Shown here piece by piece: positions 11,938-25,239 of a stretch of 64,000 nt of DNA. The position numbers and the translations under genes are program-made. The stretch spans positions 177,260,001-177,324,000 of the forward strand of contig NC_058368.1 in the NCBI RefSeq assembly GCF_018350175.1, read 5' to 3'. The notes below the pieces were generated by a model. It was not told where the DNA came from. It worked only from the letters and a program-made list of their open reading frames with translations, and ran no database searches. The stretch's first letter is position 1. Every line of letters starts with the position of its first letter. This DNA comes from Felis catus. Lineage: Eukaryota.

Positions 11938-12979
11938 CAGTCTGCACTTTACCCGTTTCAGGTGAGTTTAATCTTGCTAATTGAATTCATCTTCCCTTTG
12001 GGGGAATTTTGTGATTTGGGCTCCCCATCGACAGGAACCAAAGTGATTAGTGTTTTTTAGCTGTGTCAACTTTGCAGTTCTCATGTAAGGCTAGATCTTT
12101 ATGGTCACATTAAAATAAGATCTAAATCAGAGTCCTACATATTGTGGGTTTTCACATGGGCAGACAGTGTGATTCCTGTTTTTAGAAACTGATTTCCTAA
12201 ATGATTTCCTGTCAGTTTAACACAGGCAAGGTCCTTCAGATTCTGTTTTGGGGTGCAGGAATCTCCTTTTTCTCTTTCCTGTTTTTCAGTTCTTTTATTT
12301 AAAAAAAAAAAAAAAATCAACATCAGCCAAACACTCAAACTTCCCCCTCTGTCCCTGGTATAATCTACCCACCATCACTGTCCCCTAGAAGAGGAATGAA
12401 AGAAAGGTGTTTGTTGAGTGAGCCCCTAGAACCCGTTCTTCGTCCACTAGATACAGCAGGTACCCTGGAGGCAAAGTCCTTTGCTCTGGTTACAGGAAGA
12501 GTTAGAGCCATTGTAACCATTGATAATGGCATGTTTTGATTACTAAGGGTGTCCAGTCTAGAGGATGAGAAGCCTTACTTGGCTGTGTCCTGGAACCTGA
12601 TGACCCTGTTCATCTGGAGCAGTATTTCCAGCTCTGAATATTTTGCAAGGGGGCCAGTAAATCCTGTGCACGTTAAACTTTACAGATTGAATAAATTGGT
12701 TTGTACCTACTTGTATTACTATGTATATATGTATGTAAAGACTGATTAATAAATAAAATTCATACTTATTTTAAAATATTACTTACTACTTAGTGGCTCT
12801 TTATCGTTGTATGTTTTCTGCTCATTAAATGTTAAAAGTGTAAAGAGAGTTTAGATGCAGAATTGTGGGGAGAAAAAAAAAAAGGGGCCCTTAGATCACC
12901 AAGTTACCATCATTTCTAATACTTCTTACTTAAGACTCTAAGGCCCAAAACACAGATGTCCAGGAAGTTTGTCTTACCC

Positions 12980-13318
12980 AAGGGTCAGCAGACTATAGGC
13001 AGAGTCCAAATTTGTTCCACTGCCTGATTTTATTCCCCTGCTATAGCAAGCTAAGAATAGTTTTTTACACTTTTAAATAATTGAAAAAAATTAGAAGAAG
13101 AGTACTATTTCATGACACACGAAAATTATGTGAAATTCAAGTTCTAGTGTCCATGAATGAAATTTTATTATAATAGCCATGCTCAGTTGTTTACGTATTG
13201 TCTGTGGCTGTTTTCATACTTCATTGGAAGAGTTGACTAGATGCCACAGAGACCATATGGCTTGTGACATCTAAAATATTTATTAGACAGCTCTTTAAGA
13301 AAGTTTGCCGTCCTCCAG
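12980..13318. mobile_element. hAT-Charlie MITE, MER58B-like
   Basis: agggtcagcagacta...aagctaagaatagtttttacac...gaaattcaagttctagtgtccat...aaagtttgccg matches the remembered MER58 layout. Confidence 0.75.
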
Positions 13319-14579
13319 TCTTGCCCCTGTGCCATCGATTAGTGATAAACCCAGGGTCTGCAGGAATGGCAAATAAGCTTTTTCTTCATCCTGGCTGAGT
13401 TTGATCAGTAGTGCCTGACTGGAGTGCTGCCTTTGGAAGGATTCTGGGACCTTGTGACCCCAAGGGATAATGCTGTGATGGGTTGGCAGTGTCTGCCTGG
13501 ATGTGGGAGGTGAGCAGTAATGACCTGTAAGCCACATACATAGTTACTGTTTCTGGTCCCAAGTGCGTTCATATTATTTCTCATGATAGTGACCATCTAT
13601 CTGCCTTGCCACCTTCTCTCTGGATGGATTCTTCCAAAGTTGAAAAAACTGTATGGCAGAATTATTACATTTTTTTGAATGGAGCCTTAAAATAGATACA
13701 ATGGGGGATTACAGAGGAAGAAGGCAAGGATCTCTTGAGTGATTGCTCCTCCGCGCTTCAACCGCCCTTCCCCAAAATCCTAAGGAAGATACTGGGAAGT
13801 AGAAATGGACCTAAATGAAAACTGGTTTCCCTCCTGGTCTTTCCTCTCCCTCTTCAGCCCGATCTCCATTCTGCTGTCATTTAGGATCATCTTAAGCCCT
13901 GCCTCTGCCGTCCTCTGCCTTACTGGTTTCCTGCCGTTCACGGGATCATGGTTCAACTACTTCACATTAGCTGACAGGAGTTTGAGCGTCTGGCTGTTAC
14001 CTTGTGTCCTCACTATCCTCCCCATGCTCTCGTCTCCTGTTACTCCCTTCCAAAACCCTAGCTGCAGCCAGACTGAACTCTGTTTAATGTCTCTAATTAC
14101 ACTACAGTAGTGCAGACCTCCACCATCTCCCTCCCCTTGCTTGTGTTATTATGGCTTCTAGACAGCCCCACTCCCCCTCTGCCCTTTCATTTCATGCTTA
14201 ATTTATTATTTGATATTGAAATGGTTTGCACGCCTGTCCCACTCACAAGGCCGTGGGCCTCCTCGTGTTGCGGAGCTCCAGGGTTCATTGGAGTCCCCAG
14301 TATATTGCAAGCGCTCATTGATGTTTGTTGGGCAAGTGACACCCATGGCCAAAATGACATATTTGTGTTTTTTCTCCGAGGCCACACAAGAATTTACCCT
14401 TAAGTAGATAAATAGTTTTAGGGTATTCCTGCAGTCACCTTCAGCAAGCATAAAGATAATAAGTCAGTGAAAAATTGGAGTAAATCATCTAAACTGACAC
14501 GGTCAGGTACTAGATACGTTCCCTAGGTAGACAGGTCACCTAGATGTACGTGTCTCCCTCTGCCCCTGCCCCTGTTGTT

Positions 14580-15660
14580 TTTTAAACCAGTTTTACGGAG
14601 ATAGGATTTGTGCAAAACTTGCACTCGTTTAAAGTGTACCGTTTGATGAGTTTTTACAAATGTATACCTGAAAATATCTCCACAATCAAGATAAGAATAT
14701 TTCTGTCACCCTCAAAAGTTCCCTTGTGCCACCTTTGTAGTCAAAGCCTGACCCCATCCCAGCCTTAGCAAAGACTGGCCTGCATCAGTTTACATTTTCT
14801 AAAGTGCACTGTCCACTGTGGTAGGCAATAGCCACTTGTGGCTATTGAGCTCTTGAAATGTGGCCAGTGTGACTCAGGAACTAAGTGTTAAATTAAGTTT
14901 TAATTGAATTTAATTGAATGTTTAATTGTATTTAATCATACTTTATTTAACATTACATTCAAATAGTTACACATAGGTAGTGATGCCTGTTTGGACCGGC
15001 ATAGTTTCAAAAGTTTTGTATTTTTAGCTTTTACATTTCCGTCTTTGATCATTTAATTTGTGTGTGTGGTGTGAGATAAGAAAGTCACTGGTCTTTTTAT
15101 ATAGCTGTCTAGTTGTTCCAGCACTATCTGATGAAAAGAATTTCCGTTTCTCATAGATTTGCTTTAGCGTCTTTGTCCAAAAGTCAATTGACCATTTATT
15201 TGTAGGTCTATTTCTGGACTCTGTTCTAAGTCCATGATTTATGTGGCTGTCCTTTCGCCAATACCATAGTGTGTAATAAATGTTCCAACTTAAAAAAAAA
15301 TTGCTTTGACTATTCTAGATTCTTTAGGTTTTCATATTCAGTTTTGAATTGTCAAAGTCTATGAAAAGGACAACCGGGATTATAGTTAGCACTGCATTGA
15401 ATTGTAAGATCATTCTGGGGGAGAATTTCCACCTTAACAAATGTTGAGTCTTACAACCCATAAACATGGTAGAACTCTCTATTATTTAGGTCGTCAGCCT
15501 CCTAGCAGTATTGCACTTTTGCTTTGCTTTGCTTCCCTTTGCTTTGCAAAAGCAGCTTTGCACATCTTCTGTTCAATTTATTTCATTCTTTTTCTTTTCT
15601 AAGCTATACATTTTCCTCTGCACATTGCTTTAGCTGCATCCCACCCATGCTTTTGTTTTT
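14580..15660 (-). mobile_element. Old L1 fragments with a nested MER3-like MITE (~14806-15003)
   Basis: L1 phrases (aaagtgtac..., gtcaattgaccat...gtctatttctggactct) and MER3 phrases (atagccacttgtggctattgagc...ttgaaatgtggccagtgtgact). Confidence 0.7.
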
Positions 15661-17371
15661 CCACATAAGAGCAGCACATAAAATAGGACATGGGCAACTG
15701 TAGCTGGAATGGATAGTCTCAGGGGAATAGGTGTATCAGAGAACAACTTAAGTGGTTAATGCTTTTTTTTTCTTTTGTATTTTTGATATGTGTGTTTGTC
15801 TTCACATTCTGTTTAGAGAGGTACGTGGTGAAATCCAAGACATCCATAGTATGTTTTCCCTCTCTGGCATATTTAGTAGATGAATGTTAGAACACAGTAA
15901 AATTTCACAAATTGGACAACTTTTACATATTACTTTAAAGTGCCCCGGAACAAGATTTCTTTGGTTGAGAAATGGAATAATGGTCACCCATGGTGTTTCT
16001 CTCATTGGCTGTGGTAGAAAGGAAACTGTGGTGTTACTTCTTCCAGGCCCTCCTCCCGCCCCTTTTTGGGAATGTAAGAACAACTGCCCTTGTTATGATC
16101 CACAATTATAAATCAATGGAAAAATCTTATCTGCTTTTTAAGCAGCACAAGCAGTGAAACCTCAAATGTGTTTGTCTCTTCAAAGTGAATTACTTTTGAC
16201 AACCTTGGCAGTCAGCTCTATAGATTTTACTGCTCTTTTCCAAATTCTTTTCATTTATTGTAACATGAAAAAAATTATTACCATGTGATACTGTAAGATT
16301 TATGCATAATAAGAAACACTACCCTAATGATGATTTAACCTTGCAGTAAAATATTCACCCCTAAAATATAAGGTAAGAGTATTTCTATGTCAGGAAAGTT
16401 AGCAACAGATTTATTTGCTGAGTCATTTTTTTAAATTACTAACTCCTAAGAGCTAATATATACAGTAGTTCTCTTTTTTATTACAAGACAATATAAGATC
16501 ATTATTAGGAAATTAGAATAAGTAGATAAGCCAAAAGAAAATAAACTCCTACTCATGATTCATCATTATTCACTCCCTTGTAGATATTCTTTCAGGCTTT
16601 CTAAAATTATGGTTGAGAACTGTATATGTTTTTAAAATGCTTCCCCCCCCCCCTTTATTGTAAATTTGTTCCTTGTCTGTAATGTCGGTATTTGTCTAAA
16701 TCACCATCCCTAATGGCAAAATAATATTCAGTTGTTTGCATGGGCCCTGTTATATACATAAGTTTTCCCCCAGCTTTTAGCTGTTATAAAACACGCTGCT
16801 GGAATCATTCTTTTAGCTTAATCTTTGCTTTATTACCTTTGGATAAAATTCTAGAAATGTCTGCAGTGTCAGGTTTAAAGGTATGATGTTTAAAGACTTT
16901 GGTTCATAGAGTCATGTTACTCACCAGAAGAGTTAAATCAGTTTACGTTCCTGCCAGCAGTGTTTGAGAGTGCCTGCTTCTTATCTGTGGATGTTAATGT
17001 TTTAAAAATAATACTCTTAAAGATCCTTCATGCAAAAGCTGTGGTGAATGAAATTAAATCTCTCTTGAACTCATTGAAAAGGCTTGTTAGGATTCTTGAT
17101 CTTTATGAAAATAGACAACCTTTTAGGAAAGTTTCCTTTAAAAAAACATACAAGCTTTAAAAAAAAATCTCTTTCTCTCTCTTTTTGTCAGAGAATCTTA
17201 GACATATAGGTAACTTTTAGATCTTCTAGGCTATTGGTTTAGTGCTGTGTTTGGAAAGGGTTGTGACCCATTAGTGATGGTGAAATCATTCTAATGGATT
17301 TTGACTTTGTTTTGATGAAATTTAGAATAGAAAATGTCAGCCTGCATTGTACATAGTAATGATAAGTTTAG

Positions 17372-17375
<4 letters not shown>

Positions 17376-17423
<48 letters not shown>
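17376..17423. repeat. (TG)n microsatellite
   Basis: Read directly. Confidence 0.97.
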
Positions 17424-17425
<2 letters not shown>

Positions 17426-18196
17426 ACATATTTATATACATGGATGAGTGTAGAATATATATGATTAAAATGTGTCCCTGACTCAAGGTCACCGTCAAAA
17501 CAATATTTAACATTCAGTAGTCTTTCCCTCTACGTTGTATTGTCCTTTTATAAATGATTTATTTTGAAAAGAAGTAGTTTCTGATTATTAGCATTCTATT
17601 TAGAATGAATACTTTATTTACTAGTTTTTGCATATTTTTGTTTCACAATGATAGATGAGGGCTCTCTCGGGCAGATATGAGACCAGCCGTCATAGGCTTT
17701 GGATGTCATAAAAGATTATGCTAACTATAAAATCTAACATGAAGCATATTTTGTTACATGCATAATTTTTAGCAAGAAGCACTGAAAGATGTACGTTATA
17801 GGGGTCAGTCATCTCTTCTAATGCCCTCTCTGTCACTTAATGGCTAATGCTTTGAGCTAAACAATGTGTCTGAGCCTTAGTTCTTTTATTTGTCAAGTGG
17901 GTATAATAGTTTCTACCTCATAAGATTGTTGTGGTTTTAAATAAATACGATGCCTGGTATGTAGTACACTCAAAACATCTTGCAGCTTTTATTTTTTATA
18001 TATTTTTATATAATACATAAAGTCTATTTTTTTATATTTTTATATGTTTTATATATTTGAAAATCAGTAATGTGTTATGTGTGCACAAGGGCATGTCTGT
18101 GTGGATGTGGATGGGCTGTGGTGTATATCTCCATGTCTAACCAGAATATCCATCCATACTCCCTTTGTGTTTTGTTTTGTTGTTTTGTTTTCCCAG

Positions 18197-20760
18197 GGTT
18201 TCCTAGTCTTGAACTACTGGCTACATGGCTACCAAATGCCTAAGGGAGTTCTTCGCAGCTGAGTTATGAAGCTGGAATTGGTTCTAGACGCTGGGTAGAT
18301 GCAAAGCAGCCTAACTCTTCCAAGTACCAACATTTCTCACCTCCGATTCCGGCCTCTACTTTGAGAAGGATACCTTAGCTTCACCGACTTCCAGTAGAAC
18401 AGAAGCCCATTTCCTCCCCCCATCAGTGAAAAAAAACAAAATCTAATGCTTCAAATGTAAATTGTTCATATAAAAGGAACGTACAGTCTGTCTGTTTTAC
18501 AGAAGTAAATCGACCATCAAGAGAAGACTTGGCCTCTAATTTATATTGCTTTGCACTTTGGTCTGATACTAAGAAACCGCATTCTTCTTTGGTGAAATTT
18601 TGGGTGCCAAACACCTACCCAGAATGTCCAGGGCTTTCCTTTTCAGAAGTTAGCATTCTCCTTTTGACCGTCCAAGTCATTATGAATTCTGACCTGTATT
18701 AGGAACATGTTGGACAATGGAAACATTTCTCTGGTTTGTTTTAGTAATATTTTTTGGATCACACTTCCTTTCTGTACCGATTTCTTTTAATTTAAAGAAC
18801 TATAAGCCAGGTTATATTATCTCCCAACAGGTAATATAGCTCTTTTCTTTTATTAACTGTTCTCTGTCCCCCAACCGTCTCCTGATATTTGGTAGAGTAA
18901 CACTTTTACACGTGTGCTTGCCTCCTAATTTAAAATACTGTATCCGCATGTAGATATAATGTACATAACAGTTTAACCTCAAGGTTGCTAGAGTCAGGGC
19001 CCCTGTGCCTGAGACACTAATACAGAGTGTGTTCGCACTTAGCCATGGGCTGGGCTCAAGAACCTGATACCAGGGTTGATGTGGATTACCTAGAACCCTT
19101 CCTGCAGTATTCATACGGTATTTTTATTTTGTCATTGTCATTTTGTGTGTGTGTGTGTGGTGTGTGTGGTTTTAACGGGAATCTTGTTTTTAAAATGTAG
19201 TTTCTAAAGTTTAACACAAAATGTTTCATTCATTGTGCAGCATATACAACAGAGAGGTACCTTAACATTACTTCTTGTTGTTCTTTTCCTCCCAAGTACT
19301 TCTCTGAGTACTAGCGTTTATTTGACTTCACTGTCAAAGATCATTCTTCTGTGCATTAGTAACCCTGGAAAGGGAGGAACAAGAAGGCCCTGTTGACTGG
19401 GTTTCCTGGCTCTGGAATTCAGGCATCCTGGCTTTACCAGGATGTTAACCGGGCCTGCTCATATGTCGGAGCCCGTATCCCATGGCAGGTTGCTTCAGGG
19501 GCCCATCTTGAGTGCAAGGGTACTCCTGTGTGGTGCAAAGCCTCAAGCTCCTGAATCCCATTGCCGTCATCTCTGGTGTCACATGTCGCTGTGGCCCTGG
19601 CAGGTTCTCAAAGCTCCCGAGTGCCCCGCAGCCCGAATGTGTGAATGGCACTCTCACGCCGACCGTGCACCGAAAGGACTTTGGCATTCGGTTGGCACTC
19701 CTTTTCCCTTGTTCAATATTAGGTTCCTGTTTGCCCCTTGCCATTGTTTCCAAAGATTAAGCAACGTCAGTAACATTTTAAAGGACCAATAAGAACCTCC
19801 TGTTAACTAAACCTCTTCCCGTGGAAGCACACTCTATAACTAAAGGGAAGGGCCCTGGGCTCTGTTCTGTCCTTTGCATTGAGAACGGTGTGGGGATCAA
19901 AGTGTGTGTATGTGATTTGTTTATTGGTTTGGCTTGGCTTTTTTGGTTTTTCTTTTCTCCTTTTCTAAAAATGCATCCTTCCCTTCCACATGTTACCAAA
20001 TTAATTTCTATTTTTGAGAAGTTGAGTCTCCAAGTGTAAAAAAAATAAATAAATAAAAGGAAATCTCTATTTCGTGAGGTAGATGTTGTAAGCTTGACAG
20101 TGGCTGTGGAAGTGAGTTCACCTTTACCACTCTCCACCTTACAGCTTTATATCAGACTGGTTAGGAGAGCCCGGGGGTGTGGGAGGGGCGGGGGAGGAGG
20201 CAATTCTTCTGAACGAATGGACTTTCTGTTGTTGTTTTTGCATGTTTAATATAGAAGTTCTTGTTCCTTGGGAGATCATGGCCTTTGAATATGCACACAA
20301 CCTTTGAATTGTGCCTATTAAATTATAGCAGGGGACTCTGGCACCCAAGGAATTCTGACTTTCTGGGATTATAGTAGTAATTCCCAGCCGTACTCTGGAC
20401 TTTATTTTGCTAACCATAATTGAGCAACTGTAAATTACTGCTATATTAATGTTTTAAAGCACTGGGATAGTCTAATTCTAACTTGTAATTAATTATGTTT
20501 GCCAATTATCTGTTTGAAATAAATTTGTGTCTGAACAGCTATTGAAACTGTTAAATTGTACAGATATTATTCATGACAGCTTTGTACTGTGGAATGTGCT
20601 TAATAAAAAACAAAAAGTTTGACTTTTGTCCAATAAATTGCTAAGTAATGTCAATAAATCAAGTATGAGTATTATGCAGTACACCTAATCTGGCTTCATG
20701 CAATTGTTACTTCAGCTACTAATTCAAAGCCAATACTCTTAATAAAGTGTTGCAATACTC
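18197..20760 (+). other. FBXW11: FBXW11 non-coding terminal exon (3' UTR)
   Basis: Strong acceptor (long T-rich tract, tcccag| at 18196), no interspersed repeats, ends in an AATAAA cluster. The start resembles my recollection of the human FBXW11 3' UTR. The 3' end is approximate. Confidence 0.85.
20518..20746 (+). terminator. Cluster of polyadenylation signals
   Basis: AATAAA at 20518, 20602, 20632, 20653 and 20741, with upstream TGTA elements (e.g. 20557, 20583). Confidence 0.8.
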
Positions 20761-21670
20761 TGATGCTCTGTTAAGAAATTTTTCAAAAAAAAAAACAACA
20801 AACCAACTGTTATGTTCTCTCAGTAATTCAGTGATGTACCATTAAAGTTTGTAGATTAAAAAACAACAACAACAACTCATCTGCTCTGTAAAATGAGGTT
20901 GAAAGCAAACTGCTTTTTGACTTGGGAGAGGTTTGTGTGCGATAATACCAGTCCATGCTGGGGCGTCTTGCTCTTTTGTTTCACTTTCATCTGAGGAGCT
21001 GGGTGGGGGCTGGCTTCCCCATAAGTTCTTTCTTCACTGCTTCACAAGTTACTGTAAAAATCCGAAAACGGCCCCTTCAGTGTCCCAAGTGGCTCCGAGG
21101 GTAAGTGGATCCTCTGGTTCTCGAAGAAGCAGGTGGAGGTGTGAAAAGCACGCTTGCTGCCTGACCCCGGTAAATGCAGGCCGTGGGACTGTTGAGTTGT
21201 CCACGTTCACAGATGCACACACCACTGGCTGGTTACTAAATCAGGAAGGATACCATTTGCGTGTGTAGGATTCTGCTCAGAAGTCCTGCGTGGTAGCGGA
21301 AGTTTCCGCTAACTAGATCTCCGCCCCCCCCCCCCCCAATCAACCCGCCAGGTTGGTAATGTGGACTTTGGGGATGAGAGTGTTTCTAGACAGTATTGCC
21401 TCCATCCATTTTTCTTGTAAATGTTTTAAAAATATGTAACATGCATATGATTAAGCAAACCTATGTACAAATCACAGAGTAAAAAGTGATCCTCCCTTTC
21501 ACCCTGGACCCTCAGTCCCCTAGTATTACCCAGTTTTTTGTATATCCTTCAACAGCTAATAATACTCTGTGTGTGTATGTGTACATATGATATATATGTA
21601 CACATACACACATCACCACACCCCTTTTAACATCAACGGTAGCATGCTGTGCCGCACTTTCATCCTACGC

Positions 21671-21855
21671 TTTTTTTTAAATTTTTTTTATTTTGAGAGA
21701 GTGTGTGTGAGGGGGGAGGGGCAGAGAGAAGAACCACAAGCAGGCGCCACGCTGTCAGCGCAGGACCCAGTGCGGGGCTCGATCCATGAACCCCCGCGAT
21801 CATGGCCTGAGCCGAGATCAAGAGATGCTTAGCCAACCGAGCCACCCAGGCGCCC
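21671..21855 (-). mobile_element. Can-SINE
   Basis: SINEC body ending gagccacccaggcgccc. Confidence 0.88.
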
Positions 21856-24800
21856 TTCCATCTAATATTCTCTAGGAGATCATTCCATGCGAGTGCATGT
21901 AATTTTACCTCCTTGAGCATGACCGTGTAATATTTGGTTACCATAATTTATTCAGCAAGTTCCTTGAGGGAGGAGTTGAGGTGATTGCTTGCCCTTCCCT
22001 GTAGTGACTCATTTTTCACAGGTCTTTCTGTCTGTGCCTGTGCTAAATGTGAAAAACTATTGGTAACTTGTGCTCATCATTATGAACAGCAGACCTTGAG
22101 CCCGAACATTGCTGCAGAGTGGGAAGGACCTCGGGTGTCAGACGATCTTAACCTCTCCAGTCGACTCCTACAGTCACATAACTGTTCAATAAATAATAGT
22201 TTCTTTTTTCCTCAGTAGGTGAGGTGTTACTGCAAGAAATTGACAGCTACAAATGCATCCCATATTGATTGTGGAGATTCTAAGAGAGGTTTTGTAGAGC
22301 TCCTTGGATATACAATCAGAGATGAGTGGTTCTTTGCCATTCAGCCTATTGGTTTTCTAGTTAATAAGGAGAAAAGGAAGTTGGGCCATCTGGCTAATAA
22401 CCCTGTTACTAATTAGCTGTGTGGCAATACCCCCTTTGGGGTCTTAGCTTCCCCATGTCTAAAAGAAGGTGTCACTAGCTCAAGTCCTGGAGGGCACATG
22501 CCCCAGCTCTAGACGATCTATTGGCTTGCAGGAATGCAGACCCTGTAATGCCAGGTCTAGATTTCTAAGAAAAACTGAACATCCATATTATGTAAAGACC
22601 CAATTTTTATAAGTTGGGAACTTTTAAAGTCAGTCACTGGAGCACTGACAGCATTGTGATCCCTGAACCAACATGATTTGAAACATTTCTAGTAGCGACC
22701 TCTTGAAATATTGTGCCTAGGTTTGGCCACCGAACACTTGAAGAATAGAGATTTCAGAGAAAAGGGACAAATTAAATGATATGCCCTGTGACAAAGTGAC
22801 CAGCCCATAGAATGACTCCATACATATTCCTTTAGGAAAAATGACCAAACAAGGGAGGAGTTTGAGAAAAAAAAAGGAGGAGGAAGGGGAAGGAAGGAGC
22901 CAAGAGCTGGCGACCACCGTCTTCAGTCACATTGTGAGTGTTGAGACCAGCTGCCTGCTTTTGTGCTGGGACTGAGTTCACGTTACAGCAAGGCAGGCTT
23001 TAGGCCCAGGATCGACTTGGGCTTCCGGCTGGAGAAAATTCTGGGAGCTCTAGGACCTCCAAGCTCCTTGATGCTGGGTTTTCGTGATGCTGGGTCTGAG
23101 ACCTCATAGACGTTCAAACTTATATGTGGGGTGACTGCGTACATGGCTGTCTTAAGGTGTTTACCTGCCCAAAGATGGGGTGATGGACCCCATACATCAA
23201 ATGCGCTGAAATCCTAATCCAGTTTGTAAGAATTTTTCTTGGTTATGTGTAGCCATGTGAAAGAATTATAGTGCAGGCCACAAGTAACTTTTTTTGTGTG
23301 CATGTAGGGTAAACTGGAAAGCAGACTCCAAAAGTGGAGTGGTATTCTTGATTGCTTTCAACTTTCTGGCTTTTTACTCATCCTGTCTCTAGGAATTGCT
23401 TCATCGTATTTTTCGTATGTTGTTGGACTGGCCTGGGAGAACCTACGAGTGACAGCCATAGACTTCATCTGTAGTGGGGTCATGCCCAAGGAACCGCTTA
23501 AAGCTGGCGAGATCTCAGTGACACAGCGTAAGCTCCCTCCACCCTCTACTACCAACCTCGGATCTAACGGACCTTTCTCGAGGGCTGTGTCTTACTCTCA
23601 AATGCCCTGCAGCTCTAGGGGTTGAGAAGGAATGCTCTCAGAGCACTGCAGCCTTTGGAGCTTAGTATCACGCCCAGAGATACCCCATGGGGGGGCTCTG
23701 GTCTACTGGATGGAGGAAAGAGCATGAGCCTTGGCGTCATGAGACCCAGCTTGAGACTGGAGCTCTGCCACCTATCTGGCAGCAGCCCCATAAGCAAGGA
23801 CATTCTCTGCGCTGAACCTGAGCTTCCTCTAGGAAGTGGAGACAGTGTTTTAAAGTCTCTTCAAGAATTAAATGACATAGCCTAAAGTACCTCATCTGAA
23901 ATCTCAGTTCAAGTCGACTCGAAGCTCTGTACCCGTACATAAGATACCTTTATCAGTGCCTGCTCCTTTGGGCAGCTCCAACTGTGGCTTTTAAGCAGCT
24001 GGTACAGAGTGTCCGGAGCAGAGAAAGGTATTATGAGGGTTAGGGTTCAGGATGGTGGGGGATGAGACAAAACCAAACGTGCTCAGGCAGCCTGAGCGAG
24101 GCCTGTCTGGGCCTCTTGAAGGGAAACACAGGAGCTGGCACTTGGAATTATGCTGACCGTCCCCAGGGAGCATTTGAGTCAGTAACCAGGGCCTGGGCTG
24201 CTCAGTCGGTGCAACTGAGGGAGGTGGACCAGATGGATAGTATTTATGCCAAGTTACTTTTGTTGGTTTTTAAGTTTAGAATAATTCAGCTTTAAAAGCA
24301 GTCAACTTATATCCTCCTGGGGTGTTTCTGGGAAGAGAGTGAGACCTCAACACGCCAGTATGCTCAGCAGATTGTAGTGTCTCCAGAGTGGACAGGCGAG
24401 ACTTTCACGTCCTAAGCGCGTGTGTGTGTGCGTGCGTGCACGCGCGCGCAAGTGGGCGGTGGGGCGGGGAGCAGGGTGGGCAGTGCAGGGAAGAGGGTGG
24501 TTCAACGCCAGCTATAGCAACAACAAGAATAAACATAACCACCAAACAGTGAGTGCCAGGCCTGCTGGGAAGGGCCTTCCACACCGTGTGATCCTCACAA
24601 AAGCCCTGTGTGCTATGTGTTCGTACCACTTGACAGCTGAGGAAACTGAGGCCCAGGTCTGTCTTGCTAGGCGGCTGGGTTTAGCCTTGATTCCAGTCTA
24701 TCTCGGCTGCCACAGCTGGCCTCTTACCACGCCACCCTCTGCCCACCCACCGCCACCCCGCCCGTGCTCCACGGGCGCTGTGATCAGCAGCGTCTCCCCG

Positions 24801-25224
24801 GAGGAGCCTTCCTCTTACATTAACAGACGCTTTGCACATCTGTTTTCCTCCCCTGCCATACATTCTTTGGTCATTAATAAATGTGTGCAGCGCTTTCATC
24901 AATGCACAAAGTTTGGTAGAGTGTAAAGAACACAACAACATAGGTGCCGGGGACCCGACCGTGGCCAGGTTGGTGGGCCAGGCTGAGCGTCTATCTTGGC
25001 AGCACTGGGCAGCCACTGATGGGTTTAAAGCCGGGGATGAGCAGTCAGAAGGCTGGTGCCAAGATTCAGGAGAGGCATGTTGAGGTCTGGAATAAGGCGG
25101 AACACTGAGGCGGTGAGAGAGGGCGGTTTTGAGGGGTGTTGAGGAGGCAGGAGCTGTGCGATCCGAGGTTGAGGGAGTAGGAGGCCTTAGCGAGGGCACC
25201 CACGGTTGGCGTGTCTCCCATGCG

Positions 25225-25239
25225 CCGCTAGGTGGAGCT
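25225..25239 (+). promoter_or_regulatory. CTCF-like core motif
   Basis: CCGCTAGGTGGAGCT compared with consensus CC(A/G)(C/G)(C/T)AG(A/G)(T/G)GGC(A/G)(C/G). Motif match only. Confidence 0.45.

Noticed and set aside
1..15660. Antisense bias of intronic L1s and SINEs relative to FBXW11
   Set aside because: An expected, well-known orientation bias within genes.
23350..23600. Acceptor-like tract (...catcctgtctctag) that might open an exon of a downstream gene
   Set aside because: No convincing reading frame, matching donor or partner exons.
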